Shown here piece by piece: positions 12,001-26,926 of a stretch of 64,000 bases of DNA (position 1 is the stretch's first letter; every line of letters begins with the position of its first letter). The notes beneath the pieces are model-generated. The model searched no databases, was not told the origin of the DNA, and saw nothing but the letters and a program-made list of their open reading frames with translations. Origin of the DNA: Camelus dromedarius. Its lineage: Eukaryota. The stretch lies in contig NC_087462.1 in assembly GCF_036321535.1 (NCBI RefSeq), positions 5,084,001 through 5,148,000 on the forward strand, read 5' to 3'. Made by a program: the position numbers and the translations under genes.

Positions 12001-15000
12001 AGGGCAGAAGGCCCCGGAAGCAGATCCAGGGTTTCTCCTCACCCTCTCTCCACCCAGGGGTCCTGGAGGTGGAGGGGGTGGGGCATGGCTGGGGACCACA
12101 GCGGCTGGCAGGAAGGCTGCCCACCTCCCGCTGCAGCCTGGGGCCTAGCCCAGCCCTCTGCCTGCCCCCAGGATAACCCACGCCTCACCGAGGACTTTGT
12201 GGCCCACCTGGAGACTGAGCTGGAGCAGTCACGGCTGCGGGAGACGGAGACTCTGGGCGCCCTGCGGGAGATGCAGGATAAGGTTCTAGACATGGAGAAG
12301 GTGCGACTGGGCGGGTGTGGGGGGAACTCTGGGGAAAGGAAGGCGAGGGTACCACACGTGCTTTGGCCGGTGCATGAGCAGGCCCTCGCTGAGAAGGGGC
12401 GGCCAGGGGGGCCAGCAGGACAGGTCCGGGAGTCAGATCCCCTGCCCTGGCAGCCCCCGAGGAACCCAGGGCACCTCCCTGGCCCACTTGTCCCCTGCCT
12501 CCTCCACTGTGGTCTCCTTACCAGGGTCTGGGCAGATGGGAAGTTGGGCCCCTCACCCCCAGACCCTCTCAAGCCCTGGAGGTATACTAACACACACACA
12601 CACACACAAAGCAGCACGACTCCACAAGGGGCACACTCGCCCTCATGTACCAGGCACAGGGCCAGCAGCATGGTGGCCTCATGGACTTCCTGGATCGCCC
12701 ATCCTACCTGTTGTGTCTCCCTCAGGCCCTAGGTTCCCGGATGGAGAGACGGGGAGGGAAGGCGGAGGCCCAAGCCCATCAGGGCTGCTCCCCCTCCTGG
12801 AGGAGACACCACCTAGGGGGCCGACTAGGGGCCCCCCTCTCCCACCTGCAGCCCTGCAGGGGGCACCAGGCCTCCTGGTCCCTCCCCAGCTGCTTCCACA
12901 CTGACTTGCTATTGACTGAACTCCCATGGATCCTCCAGGAGAAGGGAGATGCCTCAGCCACTAGAGGGCAGCAGGACCCACTCACACATGGGCAGAAGCC
13001 ATGCCCCTCCACCTCCAAGCTGCACTATTTTGGGTACCCTCCCTAGTTGGGTGTCTCTGCCGTGGCCTTGTGTGGGGCCATCGGCCTCTCCATCCCCATC
13101 AGTCAGCCCGCCCAGAGCTGGGCATCCCTCCCACCTCCCTCCACATCAGAGGGAAATGTGAGCCCAGGAGATCTGCCACCCTCCCCGACTCCCAGACCTA
13201 AACAAAGGTCAGCGAGAACCTCGGGCAGTGAGCTGGCTTTTGGTCCAAGGGGCTGTAGCACAAATCTGTCATCACTGAGCTCTTGGGAGGCCAGGACAGG
13301 GCCCAGTCCAGCCCTCAGTCCGTCCCCAAGAAGATGGGTGCCAAAATCTAGTCTTCTCAGCTCCTTCTGGGGAGGGTCTGGGCCCAGAGGGGGTGATCTC
13401 AGATGCCCAGGTGGGTAGCACCTGCCCTCACCCAGCCTGCCTAGTTGTTATTAGCAGTACCACGTTTTAGATGTCGCCCTAGGCCAGCCCTGCCAGAGTA
13501 GGTGCTGTTAATACACCCATTTTACAGGCCAGGCTCTTTGGCTGGGGCAGCATAGGCGGAGTCTGCTCCTCTTGGGCCTGGTCCAAGTTCCCCCAGAGCA
13601 TCCTGGGGTCCAGGTTGCATCCTCTAGCCTGGAGACCCAAAGCAGGGCTCAGAGGAAAAGGGGGCCAGGGCATGGGTCCTGCAGGAAGGGCCGGGTGGCT
13701 GCACACCTCGGCTGAGCTCTGACCGCTCCTCTCCCCGCAGAGGAACAGCTCGCTGCCGGACGAGAACAACGTGGCGAGGCTACAGGAGGAGCTGAAGGCG
13801 CTCAAGGTACGGGAGGGCGAGGCCGTGGCCTCGGCGCGGGAACTGAAGCTGCAACTGCAGGAGCTCTCGGACACCTGGCAGGTGAGGGCCTCGCCCGGCG
13901 CTCACGAAGCGGCCTCGGGGCTCCGGAGCCGGGGCTGACCGCCCACCTCCCCGCGCAGGCCCATCTGTCCCGCGGCGGCCGCTGGAAGGAGTCCCCGCGG
14001 AAGCTGGTCCTGGGCGAGCTGCAGGACGAGCTGATGAGCGTGCGGCTGCGCGAGGCCCAGGCTCTGGCCGAGGGCCGCGAGCTGCGGCAGCGCGTGGTGG
14101 AACTCGAGACTCAGGTGGGCCGCGGCCTGTCTCAGGGAGGGGACTCGGCGTCCGGGGCAGGCCCCTCGGCTAGGCCGTGACCCACGCCTGTCCGCCCTCA
14201 GGACCACATCCACCGCAACCTGCTGAACCGCGTGGAGGCCGAGCGAGCGGCGCTGCAGGAGAAGCTCCAGTACCTGGCGGCGCAGAACAAGGGGCTGCAG
14301 ACGCAGCTCAGCGAAAGCCGCCGCAAACAGGCGGAGGCCGAGTGCAAGGTGCCCCCTGCCCCCCGCCCGCGGCCCCGCCCCGGCCCCCGCCCGCCGCGCC
14401 CCTTGATTTGCCTTGTCCCCCTTGTCCCCAGAGCAAAGAGGAGGTGATGGCCGTGCGCCTGCGGGAGGCGGACAGCATGGCGGCGGTGGCCGAGATGCGG
14501 CAGCGAATCGCGGAGCTGGAGATCCAGGTGAGCACCGGGGTCGGGCCGGGCCGGGCCGGGCCCGGGGCGGGGCCCTGCGCTGATGCCCCGTGACCCGGCC
14601 TGCCCGCAGAGGGAGGAGGGCCGCATCCAGGGCCAGCTGAACCACTCGGACTCGTCGCAGTACATCCGAGAGCTCAAGGATCAGATCGAGGAGCTGAAGG
14701 CCGAGGTGAGCGCGGGAGGGGCCTAAGGGCCCTGGCATCCTCGCCGTTGACGTTGACAGGGCCGGGCGTCGGCGCCTCGGGGAGCGGGAGGCGGGTGCCC
14801 GGAGGCCGGACTCCGTCTGTGGGACGTAAGTCCACGCTTCCAGCGCGCGGGTCCCCCGCCCCAGGTGCGGCTGCTGAAGGGCCCGCCGCCCTTCGAGGAC
14901 CCGCTGGCCTTCGACGGGCTCGGCCTGGCGCGGCATCTGGATGAGGACTCGCTGCCGTCGTCCGACGAGGAGCTGCTGGGCGTGGGCGTGGGCGCGGCGC

Positions 15001-15143
15001 TGCAGGACGCGCTCTACCCGCTGTCCCCGCGCGACGCACGCTTCTTCCGCCGTCTGGAGCGGCCGGCCAAGGACAGTGAGGGCAGCTCAGACAGCGACGC
15101 TGATGAGCTGGCCGCGCCCTATTGCCAGGGCCTGGACAACTGA
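1..15143 (+). CDS. EVI5L: EVI5-like Rab-GAP (TBC domain plus coiled coil), 5'-partial, multi-exon
   Basis: Exons with GT-AG boundaries and a continuous frame: <1-191, 297-371, 1005-1130, 2480-2623, 2799-2888, 3949-4046, 4127-4187, 7236-7289, 8188-8220 (micro-exon), 9210-9350, 12172-12300, 13741-13881, 13959-14114, 14202-14348, 14432-14527, 14610-14705, 14865-15143 (TGA). TBC catalytic motifs IRRDIART (R finger) and YCQG (Q finger), then coiled-coil exons; C-terminus DSDADELAAPYCQGLDN matches EVI5L. Confidence 0.97.
730..910 (+). mobile_element. MIR SINE in EVI5L intron
   Basis: CTGGGTTCAAGTCCCAGCTCCACTCTTACC...TTCCTATCAGTAAAGCAAGGGGA. Confidence 0.5.
1575..1625 (+). repeat. (CA)n-rich microsatellite
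   Basis: CACAACACACACACATGCACACGCACGCGCACACCACATACACACACAC. Confidence 0.75.
4690..4960. mobile_element. L2 3' end and MIR fragments
   Basis: CATTCATTTATTGAGCACCTACTGTGTGCCAG (L2) and CACCTCTCTGAGCCTCAGTG...CTGCAAAATGGGGAT (MIR). Confidence 0.55.
4975..5030 (+). repeat. Compound trinucleotide microsatellite (TAT/TAC/CAC/CAT)
   Basis: TTATTATTATTACTACTACTACTATTATTATT...CACCACCACCATCATCATCATC. Confidence 0.8.
5450..5965. mobile_element. Ancient ERV solo LTR in EVI5L intron (family uncertain, MER21/MER77-like)
   Basis: GAAAGAAGAGTTTATTACTCACAGTTCCCAAG...GATTGGCTCATTTGAATAATTTCAG...GGGGCAGTCTCTCCAGGATTAGCAA; AT-richer than the flanks. Recognised from memory, not by search. Confidence 0.5.
9757..10290. 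mobile_element. ERV1-like solo LTR in EVI5L intron
   Basis: AAGGCCAATCTAC...GGTGAAGGAAAGTACAGCGTTTAT...GCAGCTCACGCTCAAAA...CTGATTGGTTGG...GAGGTAACAGG resembles laurasiatherian ERV1 LTRs. Confidence 0.5.
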
Positions 15144-15300
15144 GGCCGTGCCCCGCGTGCTCGGAGCCAGGGGGCCGCCGCCCGCTCCTTCTTCGCGGGC
15201 CGCCCGCCCGCACTTAACAAACTCCATGCCCTCGGTGGTTCCGCCCACCCCGAGGGCCAGGCCCAGCGCGGCAGGGCGCGGAGGGTTGAGCCGGAGTCTG
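13650..15300. promoter_or_regulatory. Intragenic CpG island over the EVI5L 3' exons
   Basis: Very high CpG and GC content across six exons and 77-159 nt introns. Confidence 0.7.
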
Positions 15301-16332
15301 AGGATCCTCAGAGTCCCCGGCCAGGCCACCCTCCTCAGCAGTGTTTACCCATCTTGGTCCATACCCCTCTGGGCCCAGTTACCTGGAGCGTCTGCCCCTC
15401 TTAACAGCCAGGGCAGGGGAGGACCCAGGGGTCCCAGGACTGGACGAGCAGGAAGATCCCCTCTCCTAGCAAGCCTTCTTCTGGGACAAGGACCGCCCTG
15501 CTGGGAAGGGCCCAGGAGCTAGAGGAGGTCTGAGGAAGAAGGGGCAGCTCTAGACTGGACGTTACCACCCCACCTTGGCCCTGGGAACCCTTGGCCTCTG
15601 GGGACAGATGGCCAGGCTGGGCTTTCCTGCCTGGTGCAGGCATTGTGGCCCCTGCAGCAGAAACCAAAGTCCCCCCTGCTGTGTGCAGGGCCAGATGGGG
15701 GTGGTGAGTGGCCAACCGGAACCAGCAAGGGCCAGGGAAGTGTCTGCCCCTGCTTCTTGGGGGCCAGAGCAGCTGTAAGGAAATGAAGCTACACCCCCAC
15801 CCCTGCCATGCCCCACATCTTCACCCCATCTTGGCCAGTGATGGATGGGCTCTCCCACCCAGGCTAGCCTGTTCTCCAGGGGGTCCCCAGCCTCCACTTC
15901 CCTTCCTTCCCTGTCCCCAGCCCCACCCTCCGGCCAGGGCCTGGTCCCAGGGGAGGAGGTCTCTCAGCAGAGTTGCCTCTCCATGCCTGCTCATGGTGGT
16001 CCCGTGGTCTCTGCTGAGTCAGAACCAAGAACGGTGCCAAAGTCCAACGATGCCCCCAGAACCTGATCCCCTGGGGCCTCATGACCCTCGGGATGACCCT
16101 CTCGGTGCTCCCAGAGCCTAGAGCAGCATCACAAGCAGAATCCCTGGCGCTTCCTGGGGTGGGGATCCATGCTCAGTCCCCCCTTCCTGGTTGCCCACTC
16201 CTCAGTGTTACAAAGCCTGGGGACCAGGGTGGGCATCCAAGGGGCTCTCCCACGTGCCCCCCACACTGCCCACCATCATTTTGCACACTGCCTGTTCACA
16301 CTCCACATGTCGCCCAGGCGGGAAAGATGGAA

Positions 16333-16338
16333 AATAAA
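16333..16338 (+). terminator. EVI5L polyadenylation signal AATAAA
   Basis: AATAAA about 1.2 kb after the EVI5L stop, followed by GTGTATTT. Confidence 0.75.
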
Positions 16339-19235
16339 GTGTATTTACACAGTCATGGACAAGGGACACTGAGAGGGGCAGGCCTGGGGGTGGGGGTGGG
16401 TCCAGCAGCATGGGTCCCCAGCCCCTCATCCGGTGAAGCAGTGGGGAGGACAGCAGGCTGTCCTTGCCCTTGGGAGCCTCCCGCAGCCTAAGAGTATCAG
16501 GGGTAGAGGTCATAGCAGGCCAGTAGGGGGACCAAAGAGGCTGCCCAGGTGGGGGTGCAGCATGGGAGAGGAAAGGACATTCCCGGGCTCCACGTGAGCC
16601 CAAATGTGAGGGTTGGAAGAGACAGTATTGGAGGAAGCCACCGAGGACCTAGGATGTCAGACTTATAGACAGAGCCTTAGAGCATGGCATTTTCCGAAGG
16701 GTGGCTCTGGCGATGGTGAGGACAGGGAGCAGGGAGGCAGGATTTCCTACCTGAGCAACTCAGCTGGGACCTCCCCCTGAGAGACCAGGAAGAATGAGGG
16801 GTCTTGGGGCTTCAGGAAGATTCATGGTCTAGTTTCATTTAGCACACGCTTCCTGGGGCCTTTGGGGTGCTCTGCTCCTTGCCTGGCTCTGAGGGGTCCC
16901 AAGCAGAGTGGGGAAGAGAGACACTAGGGGGGCTCAGCCTGGGTGCAAGTGTGGCAAGTGCCCAATAGGCGAATGTATAGGAAGATCAGGGAAGGCTTCC
17001 TGGAGGAGGTGGTGGGGGACCCATTTCCCAGAGCAAAAGCATAAAGAAGAGACATGGCAGGGACCAGCAAGAGGCACTTGATGTCTGTGAAGAAGGAACA
17101 GGAGAGTGTGGGCACGGCCAGACCAGGAAGGGGCTTCTCTAGTCAGGAGAAACTTTCCACTTTGAACTGAGGGCACTGGGGAGCCATGGAGGGCTTAGGT
17201 GACAGGGACACCATCAGATGGACTGAAGTGTTGGGGGTCAGTGCAGAGACAAAACTGAACCAGATCGCGGGGACAGTGAGTGGGGGCTCCCCTGGGGGAA
17301 GAAGACCTAGAGAGGCAGTGTCCTGCATGGGGTTCCCCATGGAGCTGAGGCAGAGTCCCAGCCAGTGCAGGGGGATAGAGCCAGGGATGACAAAGGAAGG
17401 TCTTCTCAGGGGGAGACATTAATTGGGCCCATCCAGATGCCAGCCAGGCCCTGCCCTCTACACCCAGTGTGGGACCAACTCTGATGCCTGATACTTGCCG
17501 AGCAGCAGAGGATGACACTGGTTATACACCAAGACAGCCGAGTCCCACCTAGTGTTCTGTCACACAGCGGCTCCTGGGGGTCCATGCACTACTCCCCTCA
17601 CACAGACTTAACACCTCACACCGGTTTAACACTGAGCCCTGATAGCTGCTGTCTGCCTCTCCTGCTCCCATGGGCTAACTACACCCGGCTGGCTCCCAGG
17701 ATGGGCAGGGCCTCGGGGAAACTGAGGTTCTGCCCTGCTCTCTCTCAGGGGCTGGCCTTGGAGTCCTGGCTGCCCAGCATGTCAGGGGTCAGCCCCCTAC
17801 CCTCGGGCTTGTCTCAGCTTCTAGAAACAAGGACGCTTGGGTTCCTCACTGGGGTCCAGCTTAGAAAGGAAACCTCTAATTTGCCACTACTTGGCTCCCA
17901 GGGGTGTCCCAGTGGGACAGGGCCGATTTCTTTTCGGACCCTAGATTGGGAAGCAGCACTTCTTGGGTGTGAACAGGCAGGACTTAGCGACTTGTGTCTG
18001 ACAGGAACCCGCCTACAGGACGGACTGCAGGGACTGGGTCTAGGGGCAGAGACAGGGCTAAGGGCCTGACACAGGGTTCTGCTCTGTCCTACCTGCCCGA
18101 GGATTGTGGTTCCCCTTAGGCCTTCATCGTTCTTGGTGTGAAGCAGGACACCTTCAGGGAGGGAAGACCCAGGGCGAGGGGTGTTTCTCACAGGGGCACT
18201 TGGGAAGAAGGAGGGCCCAGGGCTGGGGTTTGAGGGATCCAGGATCAGGGGGACAGAACTGTGGGAGGAAGGGAAGGAATTCAGACTGGGGGAGGCAAGT
18301 GAAGACATGGGTTGGCTCTGGTGAGGACCCTTGACTCTGGGGCAGAGGCAAGGATGCCTGGCAGGAGGGGTTTGGGGAGGACACCCTAGGTTGGGGTGAA
18401 GGATGAAGCCCAAGGTTGGGAGGCACAGGGGGGCATGGTGAGGGCACCTGGAGAGGAGTGGACAAGGGGAGGACTGCCCGATCTCCCACCCAGCCTTGGG
18501 AGAGTTTGCTCCTTCCAGCAGGCCCCTCCTAGTGAGTCTGCCTAGAAGGCAGGGAATCCTCTTTATGAGCTCTGGACCCACCTGCAGGCCTGCCCTTTGC
18601 ATTGCAGCCTCCTTGGCAAGCAGAAGGCAGTGCACCCTGGTTGGAGGCTCTGGAGGGACCTGAGATTGCCATCAATGTCAGGCCACCCCTATCTCCTTCC
18701 CATACCCCAGGGCATGCAAAGTAAGGGGGTGCACACTGTAAGGAAGGACCTCAGGAAGGGGCCCCCTCACCCTCTCCTGGGATTCAAGAAAACCTTTCCC
18801 ACGTGTCTTCCCCTACCCCCAGGAGTGCCGGCTCCCCTGGCCTGGCGTGGGAAGAGAGCTTGGTCATCTGGCCACGCCCCAGCTCATCCACTTGGTCGCG
18901 CAGCACCACCTGGGCCCCTCCTGCACCTAACATTTCCATCAGAAGCCGGGCATGAAAAAGCCTACGTTCCCGCATGCGGGTGGGTGCGCCTCACTGGGCC
19001 GGGACTCAGCATCGTCCAGTCGCACCCCAGCCCCTCCTCGCGCACCCCTGTCCTTAGTGGAAAAGACCCACGGCTGCGGAGTGCACGGAAGGCCTTCAAC
19101 CAGAGCTACAACCTGCTCGCGAACAGCTGCCAGCACAGCCTGGCCCAGCCCTGCACAGCCCCGCCGTCAGCTCCAACAGGGCTTCCTCAGTCTGCGACTG
19201 CGAAGGCGAAAGTGCACAGGCTTCAGTTTTCCAGC

Positions 19236-19241
19236 TTTATT
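19236..19241 (-). terminator. PRR36 polyadenylation signal (AATAAA on minus strand)
   Basis: TTTATT on + strand about 230 nt past the PRR36 stop; convergent with EVI5L. Confidence 0.7.
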
Positions 19242-19469
19242 GGAAACTAGGGCTGCGCGTGGTAGACAAAACACTGGACACCCGTAGGGCCTAGGCCGAG
19301 GGAGGGGCAGGGCTTGAGGGGAGGGCTTTTGGCCAAAGATGTGGGTGAGTCGCAAGGGTGGACCAAAATTCTAGGGCTCTAGCGGGCTGAGACCAATCCA
19401 CTGGGAGGGGGACTCCAAGAGAGGAGAGGGAGAGATCTAAGACAAAGAGGTGTAACCTGAGGGTCTGGC

Positions 19470-22971
<3,502 letters not shown>

Positions 22972-23299
22972 TCAGCATCCGAGGTCCTGGACCTCTGCAT
23001 TGCCTGCAGGGACCTGGGTCCTGGCACCTCTCGGCTCCTTCCCCAGGGTCGCCACCCATGAGCGCCCAAACCTCTGCCTCTGTCCACTTCCTTCCCACCC
23101 ACCCACGGCTCACCATCGCAGCTGCTCACGGCTGTCCCCAAGTCCTGCTCTCACCGCCTTCCTCCAGGCCCAGCCTGCCTCAGCCCACCTCCCTCTCCCG
23201 CCTCATCTCCCTTTCCTGATCCGAAATCCACCCCCTCATCCCCTCGGGGAACCTGACCACCATCCTCGGGGACAGGGGTCTGCCACAGGTTCCAGATGA

Positions 23300-23760
23300 G
23301 AGGGACGGGAGAGCACGCCCAGGACTACTTGCCAGGCCCCAGCGCCGCCCCGGGCCTCCCTGAGGGATGCAGACACCTGCCGGGAGGAGGAGCGGCCCCG
23401 GCTGCCCGCGAACGGACTCGGGGAGACAAAGACCCGCTTCCCGAGCTCGTCCCCTCCCCCAGCTGGGCCCTGGGCCGCGCCGCCCGTCCACCTGCTCGCG
23501 CCGAGCTCACCTCGGGCTCCGGCCTCCCGCCGCTCCGCGCTGGGTAGCCTGGGGTGGGGCCGAGTGGGAGCTCAGCGGCGGGCCGCGAGCGAAGGGCAAG
23601 CGAGGGAAGTGGGCGGCGGCGCGGGGAAGCGGGCCCGCCCCTCGGCTGCGGGCAAGGGAGAAGGGAACGCGCTGGATGCAGACCCGGGAGGCGGAGGCGG
23701 GAGCGCGCCGAGTAGAGGGGAGCGCGCGTAGGAGGGAGGGGTGGCTTCTCTGAGGCTGCG
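23300..23760 (-). promoter_or_regulatory. CpG-island promoter and non-coding first exon of PRR36
   Basis: CpG-dense; minus-strand donor GAG|GTGAGC at 23511/23510; acceptor of the ATG exon at 22951. Confidence 0.6.
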
Positions 23761-24399
23761 CCTAAGGACCCCAGGCACCCAAACAGAGGAGCTTTAGGGG
23801 AAATCCCTTGAGGTCCCCGACCTGGCCTAACCTTCCTCCCCACCTCCTGCCACAGACCCACACCTGCCGGGGCCCCCACCCCAACCACCTGGCGACCAAG
23901 ACCCGCCTGGACGCAGATAGGCTGAGCCTTGGCAACCAGGGGGCTGGACCATCGCGTCTTGTGCCCAATCAACCAATCTGGCCGGTCGGTGTCCTTGGCC
24001 CTGTCCTTGCCTTTGCGACCGCGGAGGCGGACCCCCTCAGAGTTCTCGGAGGGGAGAACTAAAACCTAAAACCTAAAAGCTTTTCACAGACCCCCGGAAA
24101 CCCCCTACCTGGTTGGGGTACGGACAGTGGTGGGAGAATGCAGTCCTGGGAATGTAGGGGTAGACCCCCGGTTTGGGGGAAGAGAGGAAGAAAGGAAGGA
24201 TGAGAGGGAGAGAGACCACCTTATCGTGAGAGATGACCCAGCCTTCTGCAAGGCAGAGCACCCCCACTCTCCACACCCTCCCAAGTCACATGAAGTCAAG
24301 TCAGCAAAGGCTTTCTGGGAGAGCTGGGCTTTGGAGAGGGGATAAGATTATGGGGGGGGGGGGTTCTGGGGGTGTAAAAACGTGGCTGATGGGGGAGAA

Positions 24400-24525
24400 G
24401 GACTGTTGAACCACCCATTGTAGTCTCTCTGATTCCTGACCTTCAGAAACTATGTGAGACAATAAATGCTTGTTGTCTTAAGCTGCTAGGTTTGGGGGTA
24501 GTTTGTTACACAGCAGCAGATAACT
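24400..24525 (+). mobile_element. MLT1 LTR 3' fragment
   Basis: CAGAAACTATGTGAGACAATAAATGCTTGTTGTCTTAAGCTGCTAGGTTTGGGGGTAGTTTGTTACACAGCAGCAGATAACT. Confidence 0.7.
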
Positions 24526-24559
24526 ACCTTAGGCTCACAGAACCTTAAAAATTGGGTAT

Positions 24560-25030
24560 TAAATATCAAGTGTTGGTGAGAATGTGGAGAAACTGGAACG
24601 TACTTTTGATGGAAATGTAAAATGGTGCAGCCACTGTGATTCCACTTATATGAGGTCCCTAGAGGGCTGGAATTCATAAAGATGGATGGTCCAATGGTGG
24701 GTGTCAGAGCGAGGGAGAGGGACGGGGAATTTGTGTTTAGTGGGGACAGAGTNNNNNNNNNNNNNNNNNNNNNNNNNNNNNNNNNNNNNNNNNNNNNNNN
24801 NNNNNNNNNNNNNNNNNNNNNNNNNNNNNNNNNNNNNNNNNNNNNNNNNNNNNNNNNNNNNNNNNNNNNNNNNNNNNNNNNNNTGTTTTACCACAATTGT
24901 TTAAAAGCCTGGATAGTACCAATGTAGGAAAACTCACAAACTGCCAATGGAATGTAAAGTGGACAGTCTTTCTGGAGAACAATTGAAAAGCGTTGTACAT
25001 GTGTCATATGACCCAGACATTGCACTCAAA
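24560..25030 (+). mobile_element. Old L1 (L1M) 3' fragments, interrupted by N gap
   Basis: GGTGAGAATGTGGAGAAACTGGAAC...GTAAAATGGTGCAGCCACTGTG, GATTCCACTTATATGAGGT, TTTTACCACAAT are typical L1MB/MC 3' sequences. Confidence 0.65.
24753..24883. other. Assembly gap (131 N)
   Basis: Run of N inside an L1 fragment. Confidence 1.
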
Positions 25031-25034
25031 TGTC

Positions 25035-25458
25035 TACACCTGTGGCAAGTGCCCTATAGCCTCCCCTGTATTCCCTGAGTACCTACAGTCCCCACATGCA
25101 GGGAAAGTCAGAAGTTCCTGGGAGTTAATGCTCCCTCCATCCCCTTCTCCAGAGCATCCTTCAGCCATGACAGACAGGAGCTGGTGCATCAATGCTTCAA
25201 CTCCCTCGCCTCTGGAGTGGGACAACTTGGAGGTGTGTCCTCCATCTCCCAGAGCTCTCCAGCACAGTGGAGCCCAGGCCCCCACAGTGGCAACCTGCTC
25301 ATTCACTCCCATTAATGCACTCTCATTAACATTTACTCGCTTCCTTCTCTTCCCCATTGCCTTACCATTAATATTTCCTGAGATCACCTTCTAGAGAAAC
25401 TATTTGCCTCCAATTCCTCACCTCAGTGTCTGCATCTAGAAGAGCCCAAACTTAGACA
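25035..25458 (+). mobile_element. ERVL solo LTR, LTR16-like
   Basis: CACAGTGGCAACCTGCTCATT...TTCCTGAGATCACCTTCTAGAGAAACTATTTGC...CCCAAACTTAGACA resembles the LTR16 3' end. Confidence 0.6.
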
Positions 25459-26689
25459 ACACCTCAAGCATCCATCCATCACTGACTGAATGCCCACTGT
25501 GTGCCGGGCACCAACCCAAGGGCTTGGGGAAACGGTGAGGAGCAGAAGAGACATGTGACTGGGGCTCATGGGGCTTCGATTCCCGTGGCCTCAGAGACTT
25601 GCACAAGTGGACAAAGTGGTGTGTAACAGGACACTCAGCCCAGCATAAAGCTGGAAACAAAACCCCAGGGTATGGACCTCAAGGAGTTTCTCCCAAGGCT
25701 AGAAAAAGAGAAAGAAACTATTTGTCTAAAAAAGTCCTGGGCCTTACTACCACTTCATTTCACCTCACTTTGTTATATACTGTCACATTTGACACAAACT
25801 GACACTATCTTGTTCCTTCATTTGTTTGCATTCTTACCATCTGTCTCCTGAGGACGCGCACACACTCCCAACTAGAGCAGACGCTTTGAGAGAGAAGGTG
25901 GTTCTGCTTATCTTGTCCACACAATGAAGGTTTATCTTTGGGCTGCCTGTGGTCGAACCCACAGGGATTTCTCCAAGGGCCATGCTCATTGCAGGGTTTC
26001 ACAGAGGAGCCTAAGTTCAGGGGGTCCCAGCCCTCAAGGTTCAGACTGCCTCTGATCTGGTGAACTCCTGGGTTTCTTTTCCCCCTGGGAGAGGGGGTCT
26101 CACTCACCCGACCTGGTCCATGTCCCCTCTCCCCTGAGTTTTGCAGGCAGAGCAGATCAAGGTCAAAAACGGCTTGTCTAAGACCCAGCCCAGGCCTCTG
26201 AGGGTGGGGAGGAAATCGTGGGGGTGGGGAGGCAGCCTCCCTTTGAGAAGCCGGCCTCCCAGACTGGACTCTAGCCCCAGCTCACCAAGCCCTCTGACCT
26301 CTGAGCCCACCCTCGACCAGGACCTGGGAGCAGCTTGCTCCCTCTCCTCCCCCATTGGAGGGCTGGCCTCAAGGCTGGGCAGGGTCAGCCCTTACTCTGC
26401 CCAGCTTCCCCTGGGCCCTGGTCACTGGTTCCTTGATTGAGCCTTGAGGCCAGGTGGCTCTGCACCTGGAGGTGAAGGGAGGAGGAGGACTTTCACGCGT
26501 TCTTGACAGGATCGATACAGCCTGGCTCCCAGAAGGGTGCCCACAGGTTGATTTTGGGAGCCCAGCGCCTCCAGCCCCCCTCAGTTTCCACACCTCTCCC
26601 CACACCAGGTCCGCCCCACTGCAGCAGAGCCCAGAGTTCTAAGGCCCTCGGCTCCTCTGACCAGCCCCTTGCCCACGTCGGGGACATCA

Positions 26690-26926
26690 GGATGAGGATC
26701 GTCCTCCCCGCCACGATCCCGCAGTGCCAGGAGTCGGGGGCGACCTGGGAGCGCCCGAAGGGAGGCGGGGCCGAGACGCCCGGTGGGCGGGGCGGGACGG
26801 CTCCCGCCTCCTGTTCCTCCCGCCCGCCCGCCCTGACTCACCCAGCCTGGCCCGGGAACTCTGCGGGAGTCCGGGCCGCGCGGGTCCCAGGGACACAACA
26901 GTTGGAACCAGCATCCGGCCTGTGCG
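26690..26926 (+). promoter_or_regulatory. LRRC8E CpG promoter and non-coding exon 1
   Basis: CpG-rich patch with GC boxes (GGGCGGGGCGGG), AP-1 site TGACTCA 26834-26840, donor GCG|GTGAGT at 26927; the next exon acceptor is at 30381. Confidence 0.6.

Noticed and set aside
14760-14825. Apparent in-frame 66-nt cassette exon (acceptor TTGACAG, strong donor GTAAGT) in the last EVI5L intron
   Set aside because: The flanking introns would be only 54 and 39 nt, below the practical mammalian minimum; extension from the upstream exon hits TAA.
13902-14936. 344-aa antisense ORF over the EVI5L 3' exons
   Set aside because: It is the shadow of GC-rich coding exons and CpG-island introns; no recognisable domain, splice structure or promoter.
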